Assembly (NCBI RefSeq): GCF_006345805.1
Contig: NC_043007.1
Location: 67,084,001 to 67,148,000, forward strand
Length of the DNA: 64,000 nt
Direction of reading: 5' to 3'
Source: Octopus sinensis
Lineage: Eukaryota
Shown here: positions 26,301-41,400 of the stretch, piece by piece
Numbering within the stretch: the first letter of the stretch is position 1
Layout: each line of letters begins with the position of its first letter
Program-made: the position numbers and the translations under genes
Notes under the pieces: model-generated
The model's input: only the letters and a program-made list of their open reading frames with translations
Database searches by the model: none
What the model was told of the DNA's origin: nothing

Positions 26301-29300
26301 TTCTATACAAATGATTCCTTTCAATTTGGTTTAATTGCCTGTTTTGGCAGTGGTCAAACACACACAAAACATGGAAAATGAAATAGGCATAGCAGTATCT
26401 TCTTTATACTGATGCATGGAAATAGCTGAAGAAAGAGAAAAACAGACAAAAAAAAAATCACAGTAGTCAACATTATATGGCATTCATGCAATCAAGGCAT
26501 GAACCTTTTAACAATATCATATCTTTATTTCATCCAGTACAAGACTGCTTTAGCAGAAGAAAAATAACAGTTCAAATAAAGGACTAAATCGAGTAACTAA
26601 CTATTCTAACCAACACAGTCTCCAAGGCAAAGAGTTACAACACTGATGCAAATGTTCCACTTCACTACCATATATTTTGAACATGGCGTGGCTGTGTACT
26701 AAGAAGCTTGCTTCGAAACCATATGGTTCAGTGTTCAGTCCCACTGCATGGCACCCTGGGTGTCTTCTTCTATAGCATAAGAGCCTTGTGGGAGGATTTG
26801 GTAGACAGAAACTGAAAGAAGCCCATCTTGTGTATATATATATATTTGCATATTGATGTATATTGTTTTGTTCGATTTTCATGTTCCTATTTATATAATT
26901 AATAAATAATATGAAATGGTAATATCTGTAAGTTGATGATTGAAAGGAATTTGTTCCTCCATTTTCTTATTTGTATTACAAATATATGTATGTGTGTGTG
27001 TGTCCCCTCCCCCATCACTGCCTGACAACCAGTGTTGGTGTGGTTACATCCCCATAACTTAGCAATTCAACTAAAGAAACCGATAGAATAAGCACTATGC
27101 TTAAAAAAGTCCTGTGGTCGATTTGACTAAAGCCCTTCAAGGTGGTGCTCCAGCATGGCCACAATCAAATGACTGAAACAAACAAAAGAATAAAACAATC
27201 TGTTTATGATGTCACAGCTTATAGTGGTGAGTACTTCCTGTATTGTAGAACATTTTTAGAGTCAGGTGGGAAGAGCTTGAGAGAGAAACCTGAGACACTT
27301 AATAACTGTAACAATAGTTAATAACTTTAAAACAAACTGCCAACTTTCAGTTGGTTATCCATTGTAAAAATTCTTTTTTTTTTTCCAATTGGCCCTTATC
27401 TAAAAATGGAGGGGGGGAAGGATCACCTTGTGTTTGATACCTTATGGTCAAGAGATCCCTTTACTTTTTAATGGACAGGTGCATAGGCATTACATTTGTC
27501 CTTCTCTACTTGGGCTCCACAATCACAAAGGTTCACTGAATCTGTTGTTAATTAACCAAATAGTTAGGTATACCTAATCATCAAATATTTAAATAACTAC
27601 CACATCAACTAAGCTGCATGTAATTATCAGTAAACATCACTCCCTCTAAAAAAAAAATTAATTCAGTTGATTTTTCCAACTTCTATAACTGAAAACAGAC
27701 TTAACAGAAACCAATGGAGGATAATCTACAGGGTCACTCTAATGATAGATATAGCAATTAAACCACCCATTACCATCTCTTAGAACAGAAAGGACACACT
27801 GAGTAATGTAGTCCTGGATATATTAAGTCTGAAAATAAGACAAAGTCACAGTTGGAATGCCTTTCATCAGAAATTTGTTCAATCAGGACTTGGGATTAAT
27901 CAGTAATAACTAATTAGAAAAGGAGATGAATAATTTCATACTTGATCCAAATTATCAAGGTCTGGAGTGTGGCCTTCAGGTAGTTCTACAACTTCAGGAT
28001 GAGGTGGCCTCAAATCCTGAGGCTTGCTATCACAGTTCTCTTGGTTGGTATGTGGTTCTGCTTCCATCTTGACGGATGAAAATTGCATATTGGACGGGCC
28101 ATTAACAAGAGGGGATTCAACTGTAATGGAAACAAAAAAAAAAAATTAACAAAAATCTGAAGAAAAGAATTCGTAAACAAGGCATTGATGTTTCCGCATC
28201 AAACACAGAGATGACAATAATCAACTTGCTAACAAACAACAATGAATAAAGCATAGTGTCACTTTATCATTAAAGGAAGTGTCAGTATGACAGAATGAAG
28301 TTTGATATGTATCATTCATTGTCTTTTAATATCTGTTTACACATACTGCTATATGTTAGGCAAGTCTGCAATACAGTTTTCTTTTACTGTGTTGAATGCT
28401 TCACCTATTATCTGAGATACAATATATATGCACCTGTATTCACACTGCAAAGCATATACACATGGACACTACCTACCAAACAAACATACAACTTAATGAA
28501 TGAATGAATGAATGAATGAATGAATGAATGAATGGATGGATGAATGGATGGATGGATGAATGGATGGATGGATGGATGGATGCATACATACATACATGCA
28601 TGCACACACACACACACAAACTGTTGCTCATCCATACATGTTTCAATCCATTATACACCTATATATATATTTATTCACTCACTCAAACCAGCACTCCTTC
28701 ACATTGCAATGTATAAACATTGGCACAAACCTTTTTTAACCTGTGGCGTTGGATCCTTCTGATACCATGGAGGACCATAGAGCACAGAGTTCTCCCAGCA
28801 GTATTTTCCACTCAGGTCTCGAATGATCACACGGCACACGGTTTTGGCAGTGGTCAAACCAGCAGTCACACTTCTTCCAGATGAATCAGACTAGAAGAGA
28901 TAAATAAAGATAAATGAAAAAAAAAAAATTGGAAGTAAACTAAAAATTAAAACTATAAACCGTCTCCATGCCTTTCCTATTCCATGGATTTAAAACAATT
29001 CTTCTCAAACCTTTCTTTTAACTATCACCCTTTTAATTTTACTAACACTTTTTCAGTTCCCTCTAGCTACAACCTAATGCCTCCTAGCCCCATTTTCCAT
29101 GTGCATACAGGAAATATCAGGCCAGGGTAATTTAGTTCCAGGTGCTAGTCTGTTAGAAGTAACTACTTACCACAACAACACTATAAGCATAGGTGACATA
29201 TATTCAGTTTTGCTAATTTACTTATTCACATTTTAAAGTCTATTATTATTGTTAATGTTGTCGTTATTGCTGTTCTAATTGCTGCTAACAAGCAGATTAT

Positions 29301-32300
29301 CAATTTTTTTTTTTTTTTAGAAAGCTAATATTTAAATAAGAACCAATGACTAAAAGACTGTACAGATACACCTATTAACACCATCCACTATAACTCCCTT
29401 TCTCTCCAGTACCCATATAAAATTCCCCAGCCAGAGAACAGTATTGGCTACTATGAGAGGTACTGTTCAATTACAAAGGAAATGATACACGAAATACACT
29501 GTGTAATCATTAACTCTGATAAAGATGAATGCTTCACAACAATGATCACAAGGACTAAATACTAAAACTGGTAACAAAACCAGAGATTAATGGATGACCA
29601 AACACCAATGGTAATGGTAGTCATAGCAAAAGATAGATTCTTCAAGCCAAGTCAATCAGCAGGAGACCAAGGGATAGACCAAGAATGAGATGGTTGGATA
29701 ATATCCATGGTTTCAGTTGGTCATGCTTAGGAATCCAGCTGGAAAGTTTAATGATAGTTGCTTTTGATAGGAAGTAATAGAGAAGGGAACCTGAGGACTA
29801 TGCCTCCACAACCCTCCCAAGAACAGTGGGCATAGAAGATGGATGGACAGATGAGTACTACTTACCAAAGCAGGTAGCTCAACAAAAGATATCAGTGACT
29901 GATGATTAAGGACAAAGAACTGAAAAATGAGACAGAAATAAAAAAATTCAGTATTAAAACAACCAATGAATGGAATATTGGTCAACAAACTGAAAATGCA
30001 GCTAATAACAATGGTCAATATTAACAGCAAGGTGAGATTACTAGCTAGCTTTCACCCTTTCTTGACAGTCAAATTTATGCTCAAGTCAACCCCACAACTA
30101 TCATCTCAAGGTCCTAAAATTTTGTTTTTATCTCTTTAACTGCTATACTCACCATCCCCATACTGATTTCTACTACTTCCCCTAATTATTTACCTTGTAC
30201 ATCAACCTCTTTGTAACATTAGTATTGTCTGCTCATTTGAGGGTCACTGAAAGTAGGTTCATCTACATTTCAGTTCCACTTCATCCAAATGACTTCAAGA
30301 TTCACCTCAACAGTTGTGGCTGTCATTGTTTAACCCAAGGTCAACCCCAATCAAACAATCAAACACACTTATGATCAAAAGCATTCCAACCATAACTGCC
30401 ATATATTTTGAGGTCTATCTAAGACTACATTATTCAGTGTGGCCTTCCTTGTTTAAAATAGTAGCATGTTATTTCAGGAAGATTTGACTGCTATCTCTAG
30501 CAGACCAAACGACTATGTATAAACAACCTCATTATAATAGCAAGCCACTGTGTTGTATCCTTGAGCAAAGAACATGTATTTTCTTATCTATATTTGCCTA
30601 GCTAACAGAGAGGTACTATCCAACCACTTTGTTATTAAGTGGTTGGCAAGAACAAAATATTAAAAGTAATATGTATATGCAGCAGCATTGTTTTAATGTC
30701 CCTGTTTCCAGGTTTCCATGGGTAACACAGAATTCATTGAGGCAGATTTTCGATAACCGGATGTCTTTCCTGTCCCCAATCTTCACTCATTTCCAAGCAA
30801 AGTATTCTTCCACATTGGCTAAACATGTTTACAAGGAAGATTGGAAACAATGGACCCCACATGTATGATGGTGATGCTCATTTACAACTATTGTACAATG
30901 ATCATCACACACACACCTATACATATATGATGGGCTTCTTCCAATTTCTATCTACCAAATCCACTCTCAAGGATATAGTAATCAAAATTTAAATAAAACC
31001 AGATTATTTATAAAAAACAAAAAAAATGAATAACACCCAAATACAGCAAGATATCACTGCATAGCATAGACCCACCCAGACTGAGCCACTTTAACTGAAA
31101 TAATAAAAACAAAAATAACAGAGTAGTATCATAACTGCAATAAAACTCACCTGCACATTCGTTGCTTGGAAGATTTCCGGTTTCAAATCATTGTCACAGA
31201 ACTCTGGCAGATCATGATGTTCTTGTACACAACTGCTCAGTTTAGCAGCACCATCACCCATTGGGAAATGGCTCAGGTGGTTAACTAAATGGGTCATTAA
31301 CTGTCCACAAAAGAAGAGGGTAAGGAAACATGAATGAAATGAAAAACAAACGAACCTATTTTCCTAATTTTTTTATATTCCATGCTATTGAGATTGATTA
31401 TATATTATATTATATTCATATATTCCTTTCTATTATAGGCACAAGGCCTGAAATTTGGGAGTGGGATGGCTAGCTCACTACTACACATACATTATATGTA
31501 TGTGTGTGTGTGTATACATATATGTGTGTGTGTATGTGTATACATGTGTGTGTGTGTAACAATATACATACATATATTAAATATGCATACATCCATTTAA
31601 ATCTTCAATGTTGTCTTATGGGGAATATTAAACTGAACCCTGTACTTGACAAGTACTTGATCTACTTTGACTGGACGTAAAGCAGAAGTGTAACACAAAT
31701 TAGCTCATTTTCACACTTATCAACTGAAGCAATTAGATTACATCAATACATTTTGAATCCATGATACTGAAATCAAGAGTTCAACTACTTAGAGGCACAG
31801 ATTCCAAAGAAAAGAGACAAGTAGAGAAGTTTCAGTATCTCAAGGCCATTTTCACAAGTGATGAGAGACAGAAAGCTGCATTAGAGGCTAGAACTAGAGG
31901 TGCTGGCACAGTAATGTGACAGATCCAGTAAATGTACCCCAAAAGTGGAGAGGTTCATAAAAAAGCCAAACTCGCTATCTCCAATTCAACTTTCATGTCT
32001 ATTCTTACCTATGGCCATGTATGTTGGCTAATGATCAAAAAAGTACCATCACAAATTCAAGCAACCATAAGGGGGCGCCTCCCAAGGGTCTCTTGAGTAA
32101 CATTACTTGGTAAGGTGCATAGCTCAGAGATCAAAGAGTCTGCCTAAGTCAAGCTGCTACTTCTCCACATTGACAGCACAGCTATGGTACTAAAAAGTAA
32201 AGTAAAATTACCTTCTCAAGTCATATCAACTCTTAAGATCCAATTTCCTAGTTTCATGGTGTATATATTCCCTACCTGGACAGGATGCCAGTCCATCGCA

Positions 32301-35300
32301 GGATTATTTAATTTTGCCAGCTGAGTGGACTGGAGCAACGTGAAATGAAGTGTTTTGCTTAAGAACTCATCACGTCACCTGGTCCAGGAATCAAAACTAC
32401 AATCTGCCAATCATTAGTCCAACACCCTAACCACTAAGCCACAGGCCTCCACAGCTCTGATACTACAGACATGTGATTAGAATGTCACAGGAAAGAATTG
32501 CAAGACAAGTTCTTAAAGCTAAGCGAACTGGCAGGAGACCTAGGAATATACCAAGAATGTGATGGTTGAACAATATCCATAATCTTGGTTGTGCTTGGGA
32601 TTCCAGCAGGAAAATCAGATGATGGTTGCTTCTGATAGAACCCTATGGAGGGGATACCTGAGGACTCTACCCCAACAACCCTCCCAAGAATATAGTAGGT
32701 GGAAAAGATAGATGGATGGATTAACATAGACCAAATGTGTCTATAAAAATATTCTCCAGTTTCAACTATTTTACTTACCGTTTTAGCTGCTAGTTTAAGA
32801 ATATCTGTTTCTTGCTTTACTGGTGCTTCAAATGGGCAAAGGCCTTTTGGGTTTTCAACATTTGTGTTCTCAACTGATTCTGCAGGAAACAGTTTCGAGC
32901 CACTCGTGCTGCCTAGTAGTGCCTCTCTGTCCATGTCCATTTCTGAGACAAAGTCAGAGAATGAGTGGCTACCTCTTGAAAGTGATGCCGTCGTCTGTCC
33001 CGTAACAGCAGCATTCAGAACCTTTGGGAGGCACAGAAAGAGAAGGAAAGCAACAAAACTTAAATTAAAGCAACAAATTGATTTTAGTCAAGGTTAAGTC
33101 AGCTTTCTAACATGACTACTTAATTACACATTACAAAACACAAATGACAGTACAAAACAACAGAGTGCAAACATATACATAAGCACATACCTACATCCAT
33201 ATTACATACAATGTTAACATTCATGTAGCAAACTTTCAACTAAGCATTATTTCATATACTAAAATATGCTTCAAAAATACTTTAACCTGTTAGCGATCAG
33301 ATTACTCTATCCAAAGTAATGATTATTTATTCATATTGTTTTAAATTTATCATGTATTAACATGTTGCTTTGAGATTTTAATGATGTGATTGCTTATTTT
33401 AAGAATGACTTTGAAGTGTAGATGTGAGAGTCTAGATCTGTCCATTGAAATCTCAATACTATGAGATAATACATGATCAATTCAAAACAATGTGAATAAA
33501 TAAGCATTACATTTGACAGAATAATCTGAATGCTAAAGGGATGAACAAAATTTTTAAATATACACAGGTGGGGAATTGTTGTAATGCTTCTAATAACAAA
33601 TATAATTGATCAGAGCTGATCTCACCCTAAATAACACTGACATACACACACTTACGCAAACATGCATATTAACACTCACACACACACAAGTCTGTATACA
33701 AATTCAAACAAGCATACACACATATGTACAGAAAATACTTACTTGAAATACTTTATGAAGTAAAGGTTTCTCATTTTCAGTTGGTTCCAACAGAAGATGC
33801 ATTGGCATCTGCATACACCACTCAACAGTTGTGAACAACATAGACTCCAGTAACTGCAAACAATGATAGAGGATTATACTGTACATATTTATATATTTAA
33901 ATGAAAAGAGCACAGAGAAAATAGATATTCTGAAATATCCGGAAGGCTCCCTAGAAGTAGTAGATAGTTTCTGTTATCCAAATTTTGTAAAGAATATAAG
34001 TATACCGAAAGTAAAAAAAGGTTGCAAAGCACTGGTATAGACTGCAGGGATAAGAAACTGATCAGACAGTGGAGGAGGATGCTCTGAAAGTATAGTTGCT
34101 GGAATAAAAACCGGATGGAGAAAATTCAGAGAACCTTTACCTCTGTTGGTAATAAAAGGCTTCTATCTCAGAATGAAAGGCAGACTGTACAATGCCTGTG
34201 TACAAAGAGCAATGCTACATGGTTGTAAAACTTAGGCTGTGAATGCAGAGGATATGTGAAGACTGGAAAGAAATGAAACTGGCATGCACCAATAGATTTG
34301 CAATGTCAGTGTTCATGTACGACAAAGTAGAAATGTACTGAGAGAAAAATCAAGCATAAGAAACATCAGATATGGTGTGCAGGAGAGAAGACTATGCTTG
34401 TATGGTTATGTGATTGTGATGGATGAGGCCATCATTATGAAGAAATGCCAATCATTACACATGGAAGGAACTTGTAAAAGAGGAAGACCTAGAAAACAAG
34501 GGATGATGTGGTGAAGAGTGACCTCAAGAAAATGAGCCTCTCAGAGTAGATGATGAGGGACCAAGATAAATGGTGATATTCTATGCTTGAGAAGACCTGT
34601 CCATCTCAGTAGAATTGAGGTTCAGTCAAACCTCCTCCTACCACTACAGCTCATCTTCTAACACTCACTCTTTTATCACTCTTCTATGTTACCATATTTT
34701 CTTCACTTCTCCATTCACTGAACTGATATCCACAGTGTCCAATTTGTTCCCTACCTCTAATTATCTGTCACACTATTTTCAGTCAGTGCACTTACCTACA
34801 CATCCACTTTTTCTAATCTTCTATCCTATTCTGTCTTATATTCATATTGTACTTGAACCTAACACACTCACTCTCCCCACCCCCTCCAGGTGAGAAAACC
34901 ATGTAGTCACCTCTTCAGCAAGTCACCTGTTCCTGTCCTTTCATAGTTTCTCATCCCTGCAGTTTATACTAGTGCTCCACAACCTTTTTCCACTTGCGGT
35001 ATACTTATATTCTTTTCAAAATTCAGCAGCACACCTGAATTAAAAATATAACTAAGAATATAAGGGAAAAAATTATATTCAGGTTACACTGCAACACACC
35101 TGGCACCGTCTCATGGCACACCAGTGTGCTGCAGAACACCAGGTGTGGAGCACTGGTCTGTACCACACTCAGTTAAGGTACCTCATCTTGCAGGTACTTG
35201 GTGATATCACTAGTGCCACGTAAAATGCACCCAGTACACTTTGTTATATGGTTGGTGCTAGGAAGGACATCCAGCCGTTGAATCCATGCCAAAGCAGACA

Positions 35301-38300
35301 CAGAGCCCAGCACAGCCCTCTAATTTGCCTGTTCCTGTCAAACTGTCCAACCCATGCGAGCATGGAAAAGAGGATGTTAAAAGATAAAGATGATGAACGC
35401 TTGAGGGAATGGAATGGAACGGTGGACCAGGAATGCTATACAAATGTTTTGTCTGCCCACCCCACATTATTTTTTTCTTTTGTCATTAGCAAACACGGAT
35501 TTGTATGTGCAATAGATCCGGCAATATGCATTCAGAATTCCTAGAGCAGAAAGTTTAATTTCAAATCTTTTTTTTTTTAAACAATCAATGTAAATATGTG
35601 AAAAGGACGAATTAAAAATAAAAACGGAAATTCAGTCATCTTAACAAAAGGAAATCAATGTCAAAACGATAAATTTGGAAAGCTAATAGCTAGGGGGAAT
35701 AACTCCTCATACGCGCGCAAGCTAAAAGGGGAGATAATTCTTCCCAAATTTTTTAACTAAGGGAGATAATTCTGATTTTATCTTCAGTCTTGACAAGTTA
35801 AATTACAGCTAAGCTGGGGCACCGCTTTGACAGGTCTAGTCAAACAAACTGACCCCAGTAACTTATTTTGTTATGTCTGGTACTTATTCTATCGGTGTCT
35901 TTTATCAAGCAACTCGTTTACCGAGACGTAAAAACAGCAACGGGGGGCACACACACACACGACATACAACTGGTTTCCACAGTTTCAAATCAACCAAATT
36001 CACTCATAAGACATTTGGCCAAGATGCTGGAGAGTAGAACTGAACCAGAAATCACATAGTTGCAAAAATGAGATTCTTAACCATGCAGCCAAGCCTAAGC
36101 CTATATGAATGAGAAATTTATGTTAACATATGAGAAATTTCATGGAATGTATTTTACCCGCTTTTGGTCTTCATTGCATGGTTGATCCGGACTTGGCATG
36201 ATCTCTGTAACAGTTAAGGCAATTGCCTGAAAAAGATAAAAAAATATATGTATTAATTTATAAAATCTATTTTATACAACAATTTATAAACAACTGCATT
36301 GTTGACTGCAGGTTTCCAGCAGCTCAATCATCTATTCAAGGTTCTTCTGGAGGCAAGAGCAAAAGAGCAGTGGTTACTTGGCTTTCTTGCTTGTATACAT
36401 TTTTCCAATATATAACAATAAAACATACACACACACAAAGGCCATCACACAAATGAGAATTACTTGGTAGCATGTATTTTTTAGATGTCAACCAAATTAC
36501 TATCATAAAGCTATGAAAAAAGATATTTCCCCAAAATGCTTGCAACCACATGGTGCAAAACAAACTTTTTAACTGCACAAACATGCTTCCACCCTCAAGC
36601 AAGCAAAAGTCAGTTTTGCAGAGGAGAGTGGGCAAATATTGTGTAAATAATATCTGTTATACAACAGGTTCTTGCTTGGTTTCAGTTTTAAATAAATCAA
36701 CTCTGGTAAAATTTAAGCTCAGAACAAAAGGACTTCAAACCACAAAGATAAAACAAAACTAAGCAATAATAAATATTTCTAATTTTGGCACAAGATCAAA
36801 CGTTTATCTCCAGGTATTTAAGTAATAATAAAATTATTGATTTAGTAAGATGAAAAATCAAGTCAATCTGAGATGAATTTAAACTAAGACAGAGCAATAA
36901 TATAGTTGTCAGCCTGCCTAATTGTAAGTGGTGCCAATAATGATTTTTAACATCATATGCAGGTATGTGGAGAAAGAGAGAAAGAGATGAGGGGATAGAG
37001 AATGAAAGAAGTGAGGGGAAAGAGAAAGAAGGCAAGAGACAAGGAGATTAGTAGCAAGAAACAGATAGAGAGGAGATTAGTGGAAACGGAGAAAGACAAA
37101 GAGAGAAAGAGGAGATTAAGGGAGAGAGAGATGGCGAAGGAGAGACAGAGAGAGGGAAATATTAGAGAACAGATGGAGAAACAACCAGACAGAGAAAGAT
37201 GGAGAATTAATGATTAGGGGTATAGAGACCTGAGGATTTGGAGCAAAGAAACAGAGAGAAAAGGGGGCAGAGAAACAGAGATAAGGGGGAAGAGAAACAG
37301 GGAGATAAGTGGACAGAGAAACAGGAAAATTAAAAGCTGTGGAAACCCAGATTGAAGAGCAGAGACAAGAAGTACTATAAAACCAATAGAGAGACTTACT
37401 TCAATGATCTTCTTTGGTAAATCCGGCAGATAGCTGAGAAACGTGTCAACATGATCACAGAGCAACATCAACATATCTGATGCCACCTTGGCCACCATTT
37501 TAGTAGAACACTATCAAAGAACAATAAACATTTTACAGTTAATTATATACTCTTAAAAAGGAAAAAAAAAAGAAAAGAACAGTGAACTGTATTTGTTTCA
37601 TAATGAATTACAAAGAAGGCTGGTATTCTAAACTTCTCACTAAACTCATTGCCAACCCTCACCTTACTAAAAGAACTCACTGATCATAGCTCTCACATTT
37701 CTTAGTGACCACCAGACTACAAGGCACAGGATTCAATTAACACTTTAGCATTTAAACTAGCCATATCTGGCTAAAATATTCTACCTGTTTTGTATTTAAA
37801 CTGACCAGATCTGGCCTCTCACAACAACCCTACACTAAAAGTTACATCATCAGAATTTCAAAGCTTTGAGATAATGCGTGATTAATTCAAAACAATGTGA
37901 ATAAATGAGCATTGCTTTTGACAGATTAATGTGAATGCTAAAGGGTTGAATTATTTTTGTGCAAACATAAATGCAAAATAAGAGTGAATTATTTATAGTT
38001 GTTTGAGTAGAAATATCTGTGCTTTAACACAAACCAAAATTGTATCTATTCCAAGCTAATCCATCTTCAATTAACACAGCTGAAATTCTCTTAGTCTCAA
38101 ATTTAGTCAATCCATTTGAGGCCCCTATAACTGGCCTTTCCAGTGATATTTGCTTTGGTGTTGAAACTATAACTGGAAAGGCCAGTTATGGGGGGCTTCA
38201 AATGGATTGGCTAAATTTGAGACTGAGATAGTTTCAGCTGTGTTAACTGAAGATGGATTAGCTTGGAATAGATACAATTTTGGTTTGTTTTAAAGCACGG

Positions 38301-38367
38301 ATATTTCTACTCAAACAACTATAAATAATCCACTCTTATTTTGCATTTATGTTTACACACACACATT

Positions 38368-38426
<59 letters not shown>

Positions 38427-41400
38427 CAGTGATATTTCTCTTTTACAATCATACTAACATTGATAACACCTCTCTCTCTCTCTTCCCCTCCCTCTCTCCC
38501 TCTTATTTTCCTTCCCCCTCTCACTCTCCCCCCTTCCTTCAAAGAAACACTCAAATGAAATGATTGAGTGGATAATGTATTAGAAATATCACTTGGCTTG
38601 ACAGGTTTTCTCAAGCACAGCATATCATCAAAGGTCTCATCAAAGGTATCATTGCCTCCATGAGGCTCTATGTCTGAAGGGTGCTTTTTATGTGCCACCA
38701 GCATGGGTGCCAGTTATGTGATACCAGCATAGGCTACAACAATGATTGATCCACTAGATTAATTGCAGGAATAAACTATATGGAAACAAAAAAAATTTTA
38801 CAGTGCTTCAAGTTTTGGGCCTCATGGAGGCAATAACCAAGACCTTTGGCATCATGTCATGCTTGAGAAGAAGACCCATCAAGCCAAGCAAGATTGCAGT
38901 CATGGCAGATACCTGTGTCACACAAATAGCACCTGTCATGCAAATGGCACCCATTACACTCTCAGAGTGGTTGGTGTTAGGAAGGGCATATAGCCGTAGA
39001 AAACCATGCCAAATCAGACTGGATCCTGGTGCAGCCCTGTCAAACCATCCAACCCATGCCAGCATGGACATTAAATGATTATGACAATGATGTATACAGA
39101 ACTAATAAAATAAAAACAAGAAAAAAGAAAGGGAAAAAACCAACCTTCAGAGCACCAAGCAATACATTAATAGCTTCTTTAATTTTTGGATGTAGTGTAC
39201 CATGTACCAATTCTTCATACAGGAAAATACCTAAACTGCTCAAAGCTATACACCTGGAAATGAAATAAGCCAAACATTAGAAAGGTGTTAGTATTTTCAA
39301 TACTCAATATTACTGGAAATAATTCTAAACTAAACATCAGTAACTCCATTAAAACTATCAACCACCACCACAACCACAACCATCTGGACAATACACTTCA
39401 TCTCATATCAAAAACTTTGACATTTCAAAACTGTTTCTACACAACTTCATGATGCCAAATAAAAATGACTAACCAACTGTAAATGTAACTCAAACTTCCC
39501 ATAAAAATTGCAGCTATTAAATATTATTGTAAATATTCTACTCTACTCCATAATATAACAAAAGTTTCAATATCTCTTCAAACAACAATGGAAGGGCTAA
39601 GCAGTTACTCAATCCGCTAGAAATAGCAGCTAAATTTGACTCAACCTACCCAACCATCATAAATGGATAATGTGGTCATAAACAAACACTGCTAGAAAAA
39701 GACAGCATGATCACTGCTTGAACACCCTAGATGAGAGAGTCTACTCATTTAGAGCTAACCAAGAGCTAAACAACAACTACTGGATCCTTAAAATTGGTGA
39801 CAACAATAACAAAAACAATTAGGTGATGCAAGCTTTTCATAAAATGTGAAATTGTCTGCTTGATTTCATTAATATTGGTTTCAAATTTTGGTACAAAGCC
39901 AGCAATTTGGGGAGAAGGGTGTAAGTCAATTACATTTACTTCAGTGCTCAACTTATTTTATCAACTCTAAAAGGAAGGCAAAGCTGACCTCAACGGAATT
40001 TGAACTCACAGTGTAAAAATGGGCAAAACGCCACAAGCATTCTGCCCTGGCGTACTAATGACTCTGCCAACTCACCATCTTTGATTTAACCCTTTAGCAT
40101 TCAGATTATTCGATCAAACGTAAGACTTACTTCTTCACATTGTTTTGAAGTAATCATGCATTATCTTGTGGCTTTGAGATTTCAAAGAAATGATTGTTTA
40201 CTCTTAGAATGATAATGTAAAGTAGGTGTGAGAGGCTGGACATGGCCAGTTTGAACAAAAAAACTGGATAGAATATTTGGGCCAGATAAGGCCAGCTTGA
40301 ATGGTAAAGGGGTAGTATTATTGTTGTTGTTAAGGCAGTAAGAAGTCAGTATCATTAGCTCACAAGGCAAAATGCTTAGCACCATTTTGTCCATTTTCAT
40401 ATTCTAAGTTCAAATTCCACTGAGATCAACTTTGCCTTACATCATTTAAGGGTCAATAAAATAAGTACCAGTTGACAACAGGGATTAATGTACTTGACTT
40501 ACCACCCTCCCCAAAACTGCTGGCCTTATATACCAACATTTGAAACTAATATTATTGTTGTTGTTATGCTATTGTCATAGTACATGGATATGCCCAGATT
40601 TCTCTTCTTGTGAAGAACAATTGGATAAAATGTATAGTATGTGAAGTATAGGGTCTGGACAGCAACAGTTTCTTCATGAGCAACTTCTTTTGTCTCAATC
40701 CTTTGACTGCAGCTATGCTGGGGCACTTGCCTTGAAGAGCTTAGACATCATCGTCATTTCTTCATCTGCTTTCCATGGTGGCAGGGGTTAGACGATTGAA
40801 CTGGAACGGGTAAACCAGAGAGTTGTACAAGGTTCCAGTCTTATTCTGGATTGGTTTCTACAGCTGACTGCCCTTCCTAATGCCAACCACTCAAAGAGTG
40901 TAGCGGGTGCCTTTTACGTGTCACCAGCACAGATGACTCTACAATTGAGTATTTTTTTTTTCTAAACCTGGTACTTATTCTATTGGGCTCTTTTTGTTGA
41001 ACCACTAGGCTACGGGAATGTAAACAAACCAACACTAGTTGTCAAGTGGTAGTGGGACAGACAATTGGATGGATAAACACATATACACGACAGGCTTCTT
41101 TCAGTTTCTGTCTACCAAATCAACAGACAAGGCTTTGGTTAGCTTGGAGCCATAGTAGAAGACACTGTACTGAGGTGCCACATTACTGAGGTGGAACTAA
41201 CCCCAGAACCAGATGGTTGGGAAGCAAAATTCTTACCACACAGCCATGCCTGCACCTATAACCACATCAGCTTACAAATTCAGTGAATGCATTGTTTGGA
41301 TTCGCATGATTTTCTCGATCCAAATGAGTAAAAGACTAAAATAAACAGGAAGATAAATATTGGTAATAGTGGTAACAATGAATCTTACCTTGCTGAGCTT

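Noticed and set aside
36336-36635. ORF as the candidate missing exon
   Set aside because: No RALGAPA similarity; the missing segment is accounted for by 36158-36226.
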